The notes under the pieces: model-generated | Told to the model about the DNA's origin: nothing | Seen by the model: only the letters and a program-made list of their open reading frames with translations | Database searches by the model: none | Part shown: in pieces, positions 19,542 through 30,384 of the stretch | Numbering within the stretch: the stretch's first letter is position 1 | How the letters are laid out: each line of letters begins with the position of its first letter | Position numbers and translations under genes: made by a program | DNA from: a virus | Strand: one strand, 5' to 3' | DNA length: 64,000 nt | Virus record (IMG/VR): IMGVR_UViG_3300035180_001563 | Span: 58,194 to 122,193 of that record

Positions 19542-20492
19542 TTAGTTAAGACCTGCAAGGCGTTTCCAAGATTCAGTAACTGCTTCAGACATAGCTTTCT
19601 TGTCGTCGACATCTTCTTCCTCTTCTTCGGTGTCACCTGTTTTTACTTTAAACTTCTTGTCATCGTCTTTTTTATCTTTGACCGCCTTCTTAGCGCGCTC
19701 TTCAATCACGGACTTACTTTCAGCAAGTACTTCATCTTCCTTCTCTGATTCTTTGTCCACAGACTCTTTCAATACACGACCGATAAAGGTCTTGTATGCT
19801 TCTTCCAAACCCTCTGTAGGAACACTCTTGAGAATTGTTTCCATAATCTCATATTGTTTTCCGGAAAGTGGTTTTAAAACTTTTTCCATACGAATCTTGC
19901 GTTCCAATCCTGCAAGTTTCTTTTCTGCTTGCTTACGACCCTCAGTAGCTTGCTCATAACTTTCACGAACATCACGAAGCTCAGCTTCTGTTGAATCTTC
20001 ATCGATGAAACTCTTACGATATTCTTGTACGAAAGATTCAAAAACTTTCTTACCAAATTGAAGTTTCTTAGCTTCTTGAATATCTTCAGTTAATTCTTCA
20101 AATTCAGCCTGTAAGCGAATTTCTAAGAATGCATCTAACTTTTCAATAAGTTCAGCAAGATCTTCTTGTAGTTCTGTAGCCATCTCATGCTTAGCTTCTA
20201 CCAAACGACTTGCATACTCTGCCTCAAGATTACGGAATGCAGAGATGTCTTCTCTTAATTCAGCAATTTCATTCTTAAGGTAGTCTTCAACTTTAAAATC
20301 AATAGCTTCAATCAAAACGTCACGTTCGTTGATCCACTGTTCAGTTAATTCAATACGAACTTGTTCAGTTGCGTCACGTTTTGCAGCTTCTACGGCTTCC
20401 TGAAGGTGAGACTTCATTGCTTCTTCCAATTCAGTCTTTGTTTCTTCAGAAAGAACCTCTGCTTCAAGTAATTTTTTCAGAAGTTCATCCAT
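19542..20492 (-). CDS. gp22: Prohead core scaffold protein
   Basis: Acidic coiled-coil protein between the protease and MCP genes. Confidence 0.85.
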   Translation of the reverse strand: MDELLKKLLEAEVLSEETKTELEEAMKSHLQEAVEAAKRDATEQVRIELTEQWINERDVLIEAIDFKVEDYLKNEIAELREDISAFRNLEAEYASRLVEAKHEMATELQEDLAELIEKLDAFLEIRLQAEFEELTEDIQEAKKLQFGKKVFESFVQEYRKSFIDEDSTEAELRDVRESYEQATEGRKQAEKKLAGLERKIRMEKVLKPLSGKQYEIMETILKSVPTEGLEEAYKTFIGRVLKESVDKESEKEDEVLAESKSVIEERAKKAVKDKKDDDKKFKVKTGDTEEEEEDVDDKKAMSEAVTESWKRLAGLN

Positions 20493-20622
20493 GTTACTCT
20501 CCTTTGTATGTTAATTATTTATAAATCGCTTATTTTTCAAGGGGTAATCAGTTTTACTGTTTTATAAATCCCCGTAAAAACAACAAGTTACAAAATCTTT
20601 TTTTCTAGTAAAATTTGAAAAA

Positions 20623-21258
20623 TTATTTTTTTATGAACAAATTTTCGCTTAAAAATTTAAGAATCTCTTGTTTAAAATATTTTTGTGCTGCTGGATCGTG
20701 CTGAAGTTGTTCTGCCAAAGTTAAAACACTTCTTCCACTCTTCACCATCTCTAGTGATTCATATATTGAAGCTGGCATAGCTCCTGGAGCTGATGGTGTT
20801 GCAACTATGTCTACGGTAACAAAAGAAAAGTTTTTCACTTGACCATGATCACCAACTTCACCAGCACCTCTAGAACTCACTCCAAGGCGAACACCACTTT
20901 CGACTAACGTCTTAGCAATATTCCCCATAGGGGTAGGTAAAAGTTTTGCTCGACCACACGCATTCGTTCCTTCCATTCTTAAATCTGTGATTGCATGAGA
21001 TATGCGATCCAAATTGATGGAAAGAGTTTGTGGGTGGTCAAGTTCACCAAAAATACCATTCATTTCTTGTATCTTCGTTGATGCTTCCAGTACTGCACGA
21101 GATATTTCACCTAAAGGATAAACTCTATTGTTTCTGTTTTTAATGTCAGCTTGCATAAAGACACCAGACAACCAAACGTTTTTCCCATCAGAAGAAGATT
21201 CTTGAATAATCCCACTTTGAGCTGGGGACAGTTCCTCTATTAATAATTGAGTACTCAT
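20623..21258 (-). CDS. gp21: Prohead protease
   Basis: GVFMQADIKNRNNRVY, GELDHP, LGVSSRG, DIVATPSAPGA. Confidence 0.95.
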   Translation of the reverse strand: MSTQLLIEELSPAQSGIIQESSSDGKNVWLSGVFMQADIKNRNNRVYPLGEISRAVLEASTKIQEMNGIFGELDHPQTLSINLDRISHAITDLRMEGTNACGRAKLLPTPMGNIAKTLVESGVRLGVSSRGAGEVGDHGQVKNFSFVTVDIVATPSAPGAMPASIYESLEMVKSGRSVLTLAEQLQHDPAAQKYFKQEILKFLSENLFIKK

Positions 21259-21279
21259 ATCTTTCTCCCTTTAGTGAGA

Positions 21280-21582
21280 TTATTCATCCTCATCTTTTTT
21301 TGACTCTTTTGACTTGCTGGGCTTATCCTCTGACTCATCGTCATCGTCATCCTCATCGTCATCTTCATCATCTTCGTCTGAGTCATCGTCCTTCTTGTCT
21401 TCGTCTTCGATTTCCCCATCGTCCTTCTTGTTTTCGTCGTCTTTGTCTTTCTCTTCATCCTTGTCTTCAGCTTCTACAACGGATTTCATTTTTTCGACGA
21501 CGTAAGTACGGAAAATGTCTCGAGCCTTTTCCTCATCTTCATTGATCATTGCATCAACAAGGGCTTTAAGTTCCTCTTTCAT
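21280..21582 (-). CDS. Highly acidic prohead core protein (gp67-like)
   Basis: D/E-rich small ORF between portal and protease, as in T4 gene order. Confidence 0.6.
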   Translation of the reverse strand: MKEELKALVDAMINEDEEKARDIFRTYVVEKMKSVVEAEDKDEEKDKDDENKKDDGEIEDEDKKDDDSDEDDEDDDEDDDDDESEDKPSKSKESKKDEDE

Positions 21583-21670
21583 AATTAAATCTCCTTTGGT
21601 TGTTATGGGTTTTGTTGTTCTGTAAATACATACAGTCCGACGATTAATATTTAGTTAAGAAGAATGTATA

Positions 21671-21698
21671 ATCAAAGGGTTACACCTAACCCTTTGAT
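21671..21698 (-). terminator. Hairpin after the portal gene
   Basis: atcaaagggtta-cacc-taaccctttgat. Confidence 0.6.
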
Positions 21699-21729
21699 AT
21701 ATATAAGAAAAAATAAAAAATAATTTGAT

Positions 21730-23397
21730 TTAAATTGGTTTTTCACCACCAGGAGCAGGTACTTCTGCAATGTTAGGTCCACCAGAACCACTAGGACCTT
21801 CACCTTCAGTGCCAGGTTCGGAAAGTCCAAAGTCTCCCCCTACTCCACCACCTACTCCACCACCTACTCCACCAAATCCAACTTCTTGTTCTCCACCATA
21901 TATGTTCTGTAAATCTGAACTATTAGGTGTTTGTTTTATCCCCTTTTCTTGGCGAATCAACATTTCATTTTGTGCAATTTCATCATCAGATAACTGCAGA
22001 TATCTGGCTAGTATAAATCGTTTGGATAGATAAGGAATTGTTTCGACTGAGTTAGCGTTGTTAATCAAACTTGTGTCAAGATCAGCACGTCTGTAATGCT
22101 CATAATTATTTGGAGCTGGTAATTTAATTTTATATAATGATTCATCAATGTTGATGTTGCAATCACGGAGATACATCTTGAACTCTCTGTCAAGAGTTTG
22201 TTCCAATGGAGATTGTAATCTTGACACAAAACGAGCAAACTGTAATTCCTCAATATATGCTGCTCCAACCTTACCATCGTTAAACATACCACCACCTTCT
22301 CCGCCTGGCTTCATCCAGGAACGGGGAACACGTAGACCTCTCAGTACTTTCTCAACCCAATATTCCAAGTCGTTAATCTCACCAAGATTACCTCCACCTG
22401 GAAGAGTTTCAATTTTGGACCCTCGACCATCAGCTGTGGATGCAAAGAAAAAGTCTTCCGTCATACTTTGTGGATTGTAAACAGAATCAATAGATTCTTT
22501 TCCACCTACCGAAGATGGAATCTTCTTTTGTCTAATTTCATTCTTCACTGTTTCCAGATATTGTTTGACCCGGTGAGGAGGCATCTTACCCACATCTACG
22601 TAAAACACTCTTCTTTCAGGAGCACGAACAATACGGTAAATAATCACAGCATCTTCCAGTAACTCTTTTTGCTTATGAGACCTGTACACGCTTCGGAGAA
22701 CTGAATCTCCAAATGGAGCTGATTCAGACATATCATCATTTAATGTGAATCTAACTATATCCTGTATCGGAACATACGATGTTTCATACGGTTCTCCTGT
22801 AGATACAGTATTCATTCCAGATGTTCCACCTCCTGGTGCTCCACCAGCAGTTCGAGGTTTTTTGGTATCAATCCGTACAACAAAACCCATAACCTTTGTC
22901 ACGTTTTCATGGTCTACGATTGCTGCAAGTACGTTTGTTGCTGGAATCCACTCCCATTGATTGTGTGGAGAATTTTTCTTAAAAAAGCAGTCACCATACT
23001 TAATAGTGTTTCTTGCAATTTTAAACATTCTATTGTCCCAAGCATGAATACCAGTCCAGTGACGTAATGCTGCCCGAATGGTCATAACAAGAGAGTCTTC
23101 AACCTGTTGTCCCTCTTCAATTTGCATTTCTATATCTAAAGCTAAACCTGTATTGACGTTTGATGTTGTCATTTCTTCAGCTATTGTATCCAGAGCACGA
23201 GTGACTTCCACATCGTTGTCCATAATGTCATATTCTCTGTATCTGGTGAGTCGAGTAGCAGAACCTTGGACTAAACGTTGATACCATGTATAATTTCCAT
23301 ATGCAGCATATTGACCATCTACACCTTGACTGTCTTGAACTGCAACTACTTCAGGTCTTGAAGATGCAAATTTAAAATAATCTACAAATTTTCCCAT
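21730..23397 (-). CDS. gp20: Portal protein
   Basis: EDAVIIYRIVRAPERRVFYVDVGKMP, EDFFF, IETLPGG.NLGEI.D, EELQFARFV.RLQ. Confidence 0.97.
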   Translation of the reverse strand: MGKFVDYFKFASSRPEVVAVQDSQGVDGQYAAYGNYTWYQRLVQGSATRLTRYREYDIMDNDVEVTRALDTIAEEMTTSNVNTGLALDIEMQIEEGQQVEDSLVMTIRAALRHWTGIHAWDNRMFKIARNTIKYGDCFFKKNSPHNQWEWIPATNVLAAIVDHENVTKVMGFVVRIDTKKPRTAGGAPGGGTSGMNTVSTGEPYETSYVPIQDIVRFTLNDDMSESAPFGDSVLRSVYRSHKQKELLEDAVIIYRIVRAPERRVFYVDVGKMPPHRVKQYLETVKNEIRQKKIPSSVGGKESIDSVYNPQSMTEDFFFASTADGRGSKIETLPGGGNLGEINDLEYWVEKVLRGLRVPRSWMKPGGEGGGMFNDGKVGAAYIEELQFARFVSRLQSPLEQTLDREFKMYLRDCNINIDESLYKIKLPAPNNYEHYRRADLDTSLINNANSVETIPYLSKRFILARYLQLSDDEIAQNEMLIRQEKGIKQTPNSSDLQNIYGGEQEVGFGGVGGGVGGGVGGDFGLSEPGTEGEGPSGSGGPNIAEVPAPGGEKPI

Positions 23398-23452
23398 TTT
23401 ATAACACTCCTAATATTTTATATTTATAGTATCGTGAATGGGGTGTAATTTA

Positions 23453-24355
23453 TTATATTACTAATGCTCTTATTATCTCTGTGATATCGTTAAACTTATC
23501 ATACTTTATAACATGTAAATTGTGTTCTTGGGCTCTAGCGTATTGTTTTTTAAGCGAATCACGATACTTCATCTCAGTGTAACGTTGGTTTGACTTGTGA
23601 AAAAAATGATGTTTTTTGTAGTGTTGTTCCCCATTATACTCAATTAGTATACGTTTTGATGGAACGTAAAAATCAAAAATCAGCAACTGATCTTTATATC
23701 TGACCCGATATTGAAATTCATAAGATATCATGCATTCATCAAGTATCATTTGAATTTGTTTCTCTCCTCTCGACATAGAGCAATAAGGACACCCTTCTCC
23801 AGATAAATGTTTGTTTGGAGTTTGTGTAAATTCTCCATGTTTATTACAAATAATACGCACCTTTTTTCTTGCTCCAAGATAATCAACTTGTGAGTAATCA
23901 TAACGGTTACCGTGTATTTTGGTGAATTTTTCTTTTATATTCAAACTATGGTTTTTTATTTGTAACATCGATACAACTTGTTTGGAACATAACATACATC
24001 CTGAATTTTTGTTAATTACATTATCAAAAGAAGCACTCCATGTATAATTACATGTGTTACAAGTCCATTGAACTTTTTGTTTATATTTTACAAACTCACC
24101 CTCGAACGATAAATTTTTATGCTTAAGCTTTGTTAGTATTTGTTGCATCGATTGATGCTTGCCTGCACATTTTGGACACCCTTGCTTAGAATTTATATGA
24201 GCGTCAGGAGTTTGGTTGAATACCCCATGTACAGGACATTTAATATTAATTTTTGTTTTTGCATTTACATATGTTGACAGGGTATAATCATATTTAAAGT
24301 TATGTACATTGTTTGACTTTTTTACAAAATCTTCTTGACTTGCGCCTTTTCCCAT
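23453..24355 (-). CDS. Free-standing homing endonuclease, PD-(D/E)XK type
   Basis: H..KYDY...Y......I.CP.HG.F.Q.P..H....GCP.C repeats; SRGE..FDFYVP..LIEYNGEQHY. Confidence 0.85.
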   Translation of the reverse strand: MGKGASQEDFVKKSNNVHNFKYDYTLSTYVNAKTKINIKCPVHGVFNQTPDAHINSKQGCPKCAGKHQSMQQILTKLKHKNLSFEGEFVKYKQKVQWTCNTCNYTWSASFDNVINKNSGCMLCSKQVVSMLQIKNHSLNIKEKFTKIHGNRYDYSQVDYLGARKKVRIICNKHGEFTQTPNKHLSGEGCPYCSMSRGEKQIQMILDECMISYEFQYRVRYKDQLLIFDFYVPSKRILIEYNGEQHYKKHHFFHKSNQRYTEMKYRDSLKKQYARAQEHNLHVIKYDKFNDITEIIRALVI

Positions 24356-24477
24356 TATATGACTCCACGTTCTATGTATTTAGAGAAAGAATGTTTTAGG
24401 TAATTTAAGCGTGTATGAGAAAGTTGCTTCCCAGTACTAAACGCTGTATAAATACATTATATTATTTAGGAACGTAT

Positions 24478-26037
24478 ATGCACGACGAGTTGAAAGAAGC
24501 GTTTGAATCTGGTACTACCATACGAAATAAGACTCCATTATATAAACTGCTGTCTGATAATACCCAACACTTACCTAGTGATTATTTACCTAGACAAAAA
24601 TTGTGGCACTTATATTTCAATACCACAGAAAATCCGGGATGTAAAATATGTGGAAAATCGATTCAGTGGGAGTCGGCAGCAAAAACAGCTGATCAGAAGT
24701 ATCGAACATACTGCTCACGTAAATGTCAATGGTCTGATCCAGAAATTAAGGATAAGAAATACCAAACTGAACTACAACGATATGGTGCAGGACGACCTAC
24801 TGTAGTAGACAAGACTAAAGTAACTAATAACATAAAATATGGCTCTGATTACGCTATCCAACAAGACGAGTATAAGCAAAAACAATCAAATACTGTATTA
24901 TCCAAATATGGAGTGCTTAACATTACTCAATACAAACCTGCACTGAAAAAACGAGATCAAACTAATCTTTCATTGTTCGGTGTGAGATCTCATGCACAAC
25001 AACACTTACCTGATGATGTAGTTATGAAATTGGGTGATTACGACTGGATGAATACTCAACATACAATCAATAAAAAATCAGTAATTGAAATTGCGCAAGA
25101 GTTGAATATTAACTATGAGATTGTATCAAGACATTTAAAATTTCACGATATTTCAATACAACATTACCCTTCATCGTCTTCATACGAAAATCAAATATAT
25201 GATTTTTTGTGTACAATATTAGATTCTATAGATATACAAAGAAATAATAAATCAATACTCAATCCAAAACATATTGATTTTTACATTGAAAAATACAATT
25301 TAGCAATTGAATTTAATGGAATATATTGGCACAGTGAACAAGTTAATCCAGATCGTAGATATCATTTAGACAAAACAAATAAAGCATTAGCACAGAATAT
25401 TGAACTAATTCAAATATATGAATCTGAGTGGATACTTAAACAAGAACTTGTAAAGAGTATTTTACGAAGTAAATTGAAGCAAACTACCAATACCATTTTC
25501 GCAAGAAAATGTGACATTCGTGAGGTCGATAAACAACAAGCAAAACGGTTTTTGGATGAAAATCATATACAAGGAAATACATATAGTTCTGTTAATATAG
25601 CATTATTTTATCAAAATAAAATGGTAGAACTTATCACGTTTGGAACACCTAGATTTTCTAAAAAATATCAATATGAATTGGTAAGATTGTGTTCATTACA
25701 AAATCATTCCATTGTTGGAGGAGTTTCGAAAATATTTAAATATTTCGTTAAAAAGTATAATCCCAACTCAGTGATTTCATATAATGACAAACGGTGGGGA
25801 ACTGGTGCTGTCTATTCAAATTTAGGTTTTAAATTTTCTCATGCATCATCCCCAAACTATTGGTATTTCAAAAGTGGAGATTTAACACTACACTCAAGAG
25901 TCAAATTCCAGAAACATAAATTGCAGTCAATTCTTAATGTGTATGATTCTTCCCTGACTGAGTGGGAAAATATGATTGTAAATGGTTATAATAGGATATG
26001 GGACTGTGGAAACAATATATGGGAATGGTATCCATGA
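24478..26037 (+). CDS. Hef-like homing endonuclease with C-terminal GNAT/Mom-like domain
   Basis: CKICG..YCSRKC, KYG repeats, IDFYIE..AIEFNGIYWHS, ARKC/NHIQG/SYNDKRWG/RIWDCG; start set to the ATG downstream of TATAAATA. Confidence 0.85.
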   Translation: MHDELKEAFESGTTIRNKTPLYKLLSDNTQHLPSDYLPRQKLWHLYFNTTENPGCKICGKSIQWESAAKTADQKYRTYCSRKCQWSDPEIKDKKYQTELQRYGAGRPTVVDKTKVTNNIKYGSDYAIQQDEYKQKQSNTVLSKYGVLNITQYKPALKKRDQTNLSLFGVRSHAQQHLPDDVVMKLGDYDWMNTQHTINKKSVIEIAQELNINYEIVSRHLKFHDISIQHYPSSSSYENQIYDFLCTILDSIDIQRNNKSILNPKHIDFYIEKYNLAIEFNGIYWHSEQVNPDRRYHLDKTNKALAQNIELIQIYESEWILKQELVKSILRSKLKQTTNTIFARKCDIREVDKQQAKRFLDENHIQGNTYSSVNIALFYQNKMVELITFGTPRFSKKYQYELVRLCSLQNHSIVGGVSKIFKYFVKKYNPNSVISYNDKRWGTGAVYSNLGFKFSHASSPNYWYFKSGDLTLHSRVKFQKHKLQSILNVYDSSLTEWENMIVNGYNRIWDCGNNIWEWYP

Positions 26038-29000
26038 TTAAGTTCTTTTTGGAGCGTTTGCTGTTGGAGCAACAGCAGTCACTCTAGCTTCATGTGCTCT
26101 TAACATAGAGTTGGTGTTTATTTTTTCACTCTCAACAGCATAATAAGCATCTGCTAGTGTTGATGTTGCGTCACTAGTATCTTTAGTGAAATTATTATTT
26201 GTTGTCATTAATTTTACTAATTGTTGCATCGAGTTCTTTAAGTCTTCCATTAACTGAGCTTGAGTTTCCTGTGCTTCAACTGGACCTTCTACACCCTCAA
26301 CTTTAGGAGATGGTGTATAAGGAGATACTACTCTACTCAATCCAGTAGCTCCTCTTGCTACTGGTCCTATTTTATTTCTAGTTGGATTTGGGATTGCAGT
26401 CATCCTATCGAGTGTATTAAGTTTTGCTTCTGTCATTGATGCAGCACCTATGTCTCCTCGATTGTATGCATTGTTCGTATATGCGGTTAAATTAGTTTTG
26501 TTACCGACATCACTAGGTTGATTTGTGTTTTTGTCTTTGTTACCACCAAACCAATCTACAATAGAACCCCAAATGTTTTTAAAGAATGCTTTTGCTTTAT
26601 CCATATATTCACTTATAATTTTTCTTGCCCCAGACAGTATTTCAATTCCACTAGACACTGCCGATTTTGCAGATTCTCCAATAAAATCAAATGCTGAACC
26701 AATACCACTACGGATTTTTTGTCCAAGCCACGCACCAGCTTTAAAAGGTAAACTAAGCAAACCAAGACCTGAAGTTACTCCCGACTTCAGGCTCCCAGCA
26801 ACAAAATCAAATACTGAACCAAATCCTTTTCCAATCATCTTTCCCAAAGCCCCTCCACCTTCTCCCCCTAACCAACCCCCTATAGCTCCTCCAATAGCCC
26901 CACCAGCCCATGTTCCAACAGGACCTAAGAATGATCCTACAATTGCTCCAATCCATTCACCAGCTAAGGCACCTCCAGCTACCCCAGCTGCAGTTCCAAC
27001 TCCAGCTCCAACTCCAGCTCCAACGGATTTTCCTACCTTTCCTGAACTAGCGTATTCTTCAGTCCCTGCTGACACTCCAGAAAATATTCCAGCAATTGGT
27101 CCCAAAAATTTCATCAATTTTGGTGCAAATTCTCCAACATCCCTAGCCAATATAGCAGCTTTTGGTCCAACTTTTCCTTTTTTAAACACATCTAATACAT
27201 CTTTTCCCAACTGCATAACACCAGCTTTCTGAGCGAAAGCAAACATACCAACAGCAACACCAAATGCAGCAACCCATATTCCAAAATTCTTTGCAGCTGA
27301 ATCCATCAACGCTTCAGCTTTGATAGCTGTGCCTCCTGCCCCAACAGCACTACTCTTAATTACCTTTTGTATCTCTTTATCGATTTCTGCTTGTGATTTC
27401 CCCTTCTCTTTACCCAATCTTTGAGCTTCTTGTATTTTTTCAATGGTATCAGTCATTCCTACTGTTAATTGATCGAATGCATTTAGTCTAGCCTCTGCGG
27501 CGCTGGCTGCGCCACTATCCCCCCTATTGTATGCACTGGTCATTTGTTGTTGTAATTCTCCCCGTTTCTTGGCTGTTTCTTGCATCTCGGCCATCAGTTT
27601 CGGATTATCGAACTGTCTCATACGGATTAAATCCCCCATCTCCTTAGCCTTACCAGGATCAACTCCTATCATCATAGCGCCAGCAGTTATCTTTGCAGAA
27701 GTTTGATATCTTTGTCCGAGAGTTTGACTACGGAGTTTTTCCATTGCACCTGCTACAGCTATTGCCTTTTCAGCCGAAAGACCCATTGCTGACAATTCTT
27801 TTGCGCGTGCCAACATAGTTTTGTTCATCATAACTTGTTCTTGGCCAGACAACGTGTTTAAACTATCCTGGATCTCTGATGACTCCATTTGAGCTTCATA
27901 CAATTTCATCAATTCTTCCGAACTTTTTCCAGTGATTGCAGTCATCTCTCTCAAGTGTTTAGTCCATCTATTTGAACCTTGATCTATCGTTTCTCCACCT
28001 TGTTCATATGACTTGGTAAAATTTATTACTTCCATATTCAATGCAGCTGCTAATTTAGGATCCCCCGTTAATTCAAAAAACTTAGAATTATATTTTTCTA
28101 GATTTTTTGTGGTTTCTTCAATACCCTTACCACCAAACGCAGCTTGCGAATTTTGACCTAATATTTTCTGGAATTCTGATGCTGACAAAAACAGCTTCGT
28201 TGCTTCTGTAAACATCGGTGCAACACCAGTTGTATATGCAGCCCTAGCTACTTCTTTAAATTCCCCGTATGCTTTTGCTCCAAAATAAGTAACTGCTGCC
28301 GATGCAACGGATAATATAGAAAATCTGAGTGTACCAAGTATACTGGTAATTCCATTGGCGGAAGCTGCTTCTATATCTTTCGAACCAACACCCATCTTTC
28401 CTAATATACTAGCTTTCCCTCGTTCGTGAAGCTCTTTAACAAAACTGTGATCCATGTTATGAATAGACTCAACTGCTTTAACTGTTCCGTCAGACAACTG
28501 CATTAGTTTAGAATTAAGAACTCCTGTCGTTCCAGCGAGTCTTTTTTGTATTTCATTATAATCCTTGATCCCAGTTAAACCATCTAGTGACCCCCCAACC
28601 TTTTGCATTTCTTGTGACAATTTTCCCAAACCCTTCACAAATAAGGCTTCTGCTGCTGCTTTGCTTGTTGGATCTGTTGACTTGTCAAATAACTCTTTGG
28701 CTGTCTTAATCGACTTATTATATCCTTCCAGCTGAGCTGTTTGACTCCTCACGGTATCGATAAGATTGCTGAACTCTCCAGCCGTTCTAACTCCTTGAGA
28801 TTTAACTAAACTAGTTAGATAACTATTTCCTTTAACTATATCTTCTGCAGTCTTCTGTAATGCCTCCGGTAAATCCTTAGAAATTGTGCTTATATGCTCT
28901 GCAGTTCGTTCAACCTCACTAATTAGACTTGCAACCATATTACTGTGAATCTCTAAGTTTTTTGAAGTTTTCGTTGTTGCTGTGTTCAATTCTTTGAATT

Positions 29001-29262
29001 GTTTTGCTACACTATCAACACCCTTTGCCAGATTACCAAAGGCAATGTTGAATTTGGTGGTTATATTAAGTGTTTGCTTTTGTAATAATGCTTGTCTATC
29101 ATCAAACGTTTCTCGAATGTTCCCTGACCCTTGACCAATACCTCCAAAAGTGTTCCCAACACCCGAAGAAGCAGCCCCTGCTCGACCGGCTGCAGCTGTT
29201 AACGATAGCATAATTTGTTTTGCGATTGAGTTGATGTCGTCTGGGGACATTCCAGTAGCCAT
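26038..29262 (-). CDS. Tape measure protein (putative)
   Basis: 1074 aa, A/G/K-rich, helical, with glycine-zipper hydrophobic segment; next to baseplate hub assembly genes. Confidence 0.75.
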   Translation of the reverse strand: MATGMSPDDINSIAKQIMLSLTAAAGRAGAASSGVGNTFGGIGQGSGNIRETFDDRQALLQKQTLNITTKFNIAFGNLAKGVDSVAKQFKELNTATTKTSKNLEIHSNMVASLISEVERTAEHISTISKDLPEALQKTAEDIVKGNSYLTSLVKSQGVRTAGEFSNLIDTVRSQTAQLEGYNKSIKTAKELFDKSTDPTSKAAAEALFVKGLGKLSQEMQKVGGSLDGLTGIKDYNEIQKRLAGTTGVLNSKLMQLSDGTVKAVESIHNMDHSFVKELHERGKASILGKMGVGSKDIEAASANGITSILGTLRFSILSVASAAVTYFGAKAYGEFKEVARAAYTTGVAPMFTEATKLFLSASEFQKILGQNSQAAFGGKGIEETTKNLEKYNSKFFELTGDPKLAAALNMEVINFTKSYEQGGETIDQGSNRWTKHLREMTAITGKSSEELMKLYEAQMESSEIQDSLNTLSGQEQVMMNKTMLARAKELSAMGLSAEKAIAVAGAMEKLRSQTLGQRYQTSAKITAGAMMIGVDPGKAKEMGDLIRMRQFDNPKLMAEMQETAKKRGELQQQMTSAYNRGDSGAASAAEARLNAFDQLTVGMTDTIEKIQEAQRLGKEKGKSQAEIDKEIQKVIKSSAVGAGGTAIKAEALMDSAAKNFGIWVAAFGVAVGMFAFAQKAGVMQLGKDVLDVFKKGKVGPKAAILARDVGEFAPKLMKFLGPIAGIFSGVSAGTEEYASSGKVGKSVGAGVGAGVGTAAGVAGGALAGEWIGAIVGSFLGPVGTWAGGAIGGAIGGWLGGEGGGALGKMIGKGFGSVFDFVAGSLKSGVTSGLGLLSLPFKAGAWLGQKIRSGIGSAFDFIGESAKSAVSSGIEILSGARKIISEYMDKAKAFFKNIWGSIVDWFGGNKDKNTNQPSDVGNKTNLTAYTNNAYNRGDIGAASMTEAKLNTLDRMTAIPNPTRNKIGPVARGATGLSRVVSPYTPSPKVEGVEGPVEAQETQAQLMEDLKNSMQQLVKLMTTNNNFTKDTSDATSTLADAYYAVESEKINTNSMLRAHEARVTAVAPTANAPKRT

Positions 29263-29356
29263 AGTATTTTTAATCCGTAAACAGTAATGATATTTATGTA
29301 TTTCAGAAAGGGTATTTTTTCACTTGATATATATTAATAGTCAAATGGAGAGATAT

Positions 29357-30160
29357 ATGGAACAAATTGTACAAACAACAGCGAACTCAACAAACCCACT
29401 ATTGAGTAGGGTTAAAATTCCAGGTGAAACCATCCGTTTACCTTCCAATGGAATTTTTTATGTTAATGGAGAAATAAGCCAAGATGTGACAGACGGAGAA
29501 ATTCACCTATATCCTTTGACAACAATGAGTGAAATTTTGTTACGAAGTCCAGATAAGCTTTTGAACGGAGAAGCACTCATCGAAGTATTAATGCAAAGTG
29601 CTCCACAAGTACTTAAACCAATGGATCTATTATCAAAAGATGTTGACTACATATTAACTGCACTCAGGAAGGTAACATATGGAGATGTGATTGAAATCAA
29701 ATATCAACACACGTGTGAAAATGCAAAAGAACACACATATGGTGTATCACTTTCACGAATACTTGGAGCTTCAAAAGTCATTGATCCAACAACACTAAAT
29801 CAAGTGTTTGCTTTAGATTTACCAAACGGTCAGGTTGTTAAGCTTCAACCAATGAGATTTAAAAATGTGATTGAGATAATGCAATCGGTACAAAGTGTTG
29901 CCTCAGACGATAAGATGATTGGAGAGCAATTAATTAAATCTGTATCGTATATGATTTCAGCTGTTGATGAGATATCTGATCCAGTCATGATATCTGAGTG
30001 GTTAAATCAAATTCCAACTACATGGTTTAATGATATTTCAAAAACAATTGAAAGAATTAGTGATTGGGGACCTGTTTTCGAATATAAAGATGTTTGTTTA
30101 GATTGCGGGCAGGAGGTAGAGTTGTCAGTTTCTCTTAACCCGCTAACTTTTTTTATGTGA
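29357..30160 (+). CDS. Baseplate hub assembly protein (gp26-like)
   Basis: IRLPSNGIFY, DVDYILTALRKVTYG, C-terminal CLDCG...LNPLTFF. Confidence 0.85.
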   Translation: MEQIVQTTANSTNPLLSRVKIPGETIRLPSNGIFYVNGEISQDVTDGEIHLYPLTTMSEILLRSPDKLLNGEALIEVLMQSAPQVLKPMDLLSKDVDYILTALRKVTYGDVIEIKYQHTCENAKEHTYGVSLSRILGASKVIDPTTLNQVFALDLPNGQVVKLQPMRFKNVIEIMQSVQSVASDDKMIGEQLIKSVSYMISAVDEISDPVMISEWLNQIPTTWFNDISKTIERISDWGPVFEYKDVCLDCGQEVELSVSLNPLTFFM

Positions 30161-30384
30161 TATTAAGATGGGGGACAAACGCCGATAAAGTTCAATATAT
30201 CAAGGGATTACAGAAAGAAGCCACTCGTATCGTTGAAGGAGTGGTTTCCCTAATTTATTACATGAGAGGTGCTGTTTCATATACGGAAGCCATGTACATG
30301 ACTTATGCAGAAAGACAAATTATGTCCGACTTCCTTGAACAGCGGTTTGAACACGAAAGTAAAAGGATGTACCCGGTGTACTAA
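30157..30384 (+). CDS. Baseplate hub assembly catalyst (gp51-like)
   Basis: YMRGAVSY.EA..MT..ER motif directly after the gp26-like gene. Confidence 0.7.
   Translation: MILRWGTNADKVQYIKGLQKEATRIVEGVVSLIYYMRGAVSYTEAMYMTYAERQIMSDFLEQRFEHESKRMYPVY

Noticed and set aside
21255-21458. 67-aa K/T/M-rich ORF overlapping the acidic core gene
   Set aside because: Alternative-frame product of the D/E codon repeats in 21280-21582
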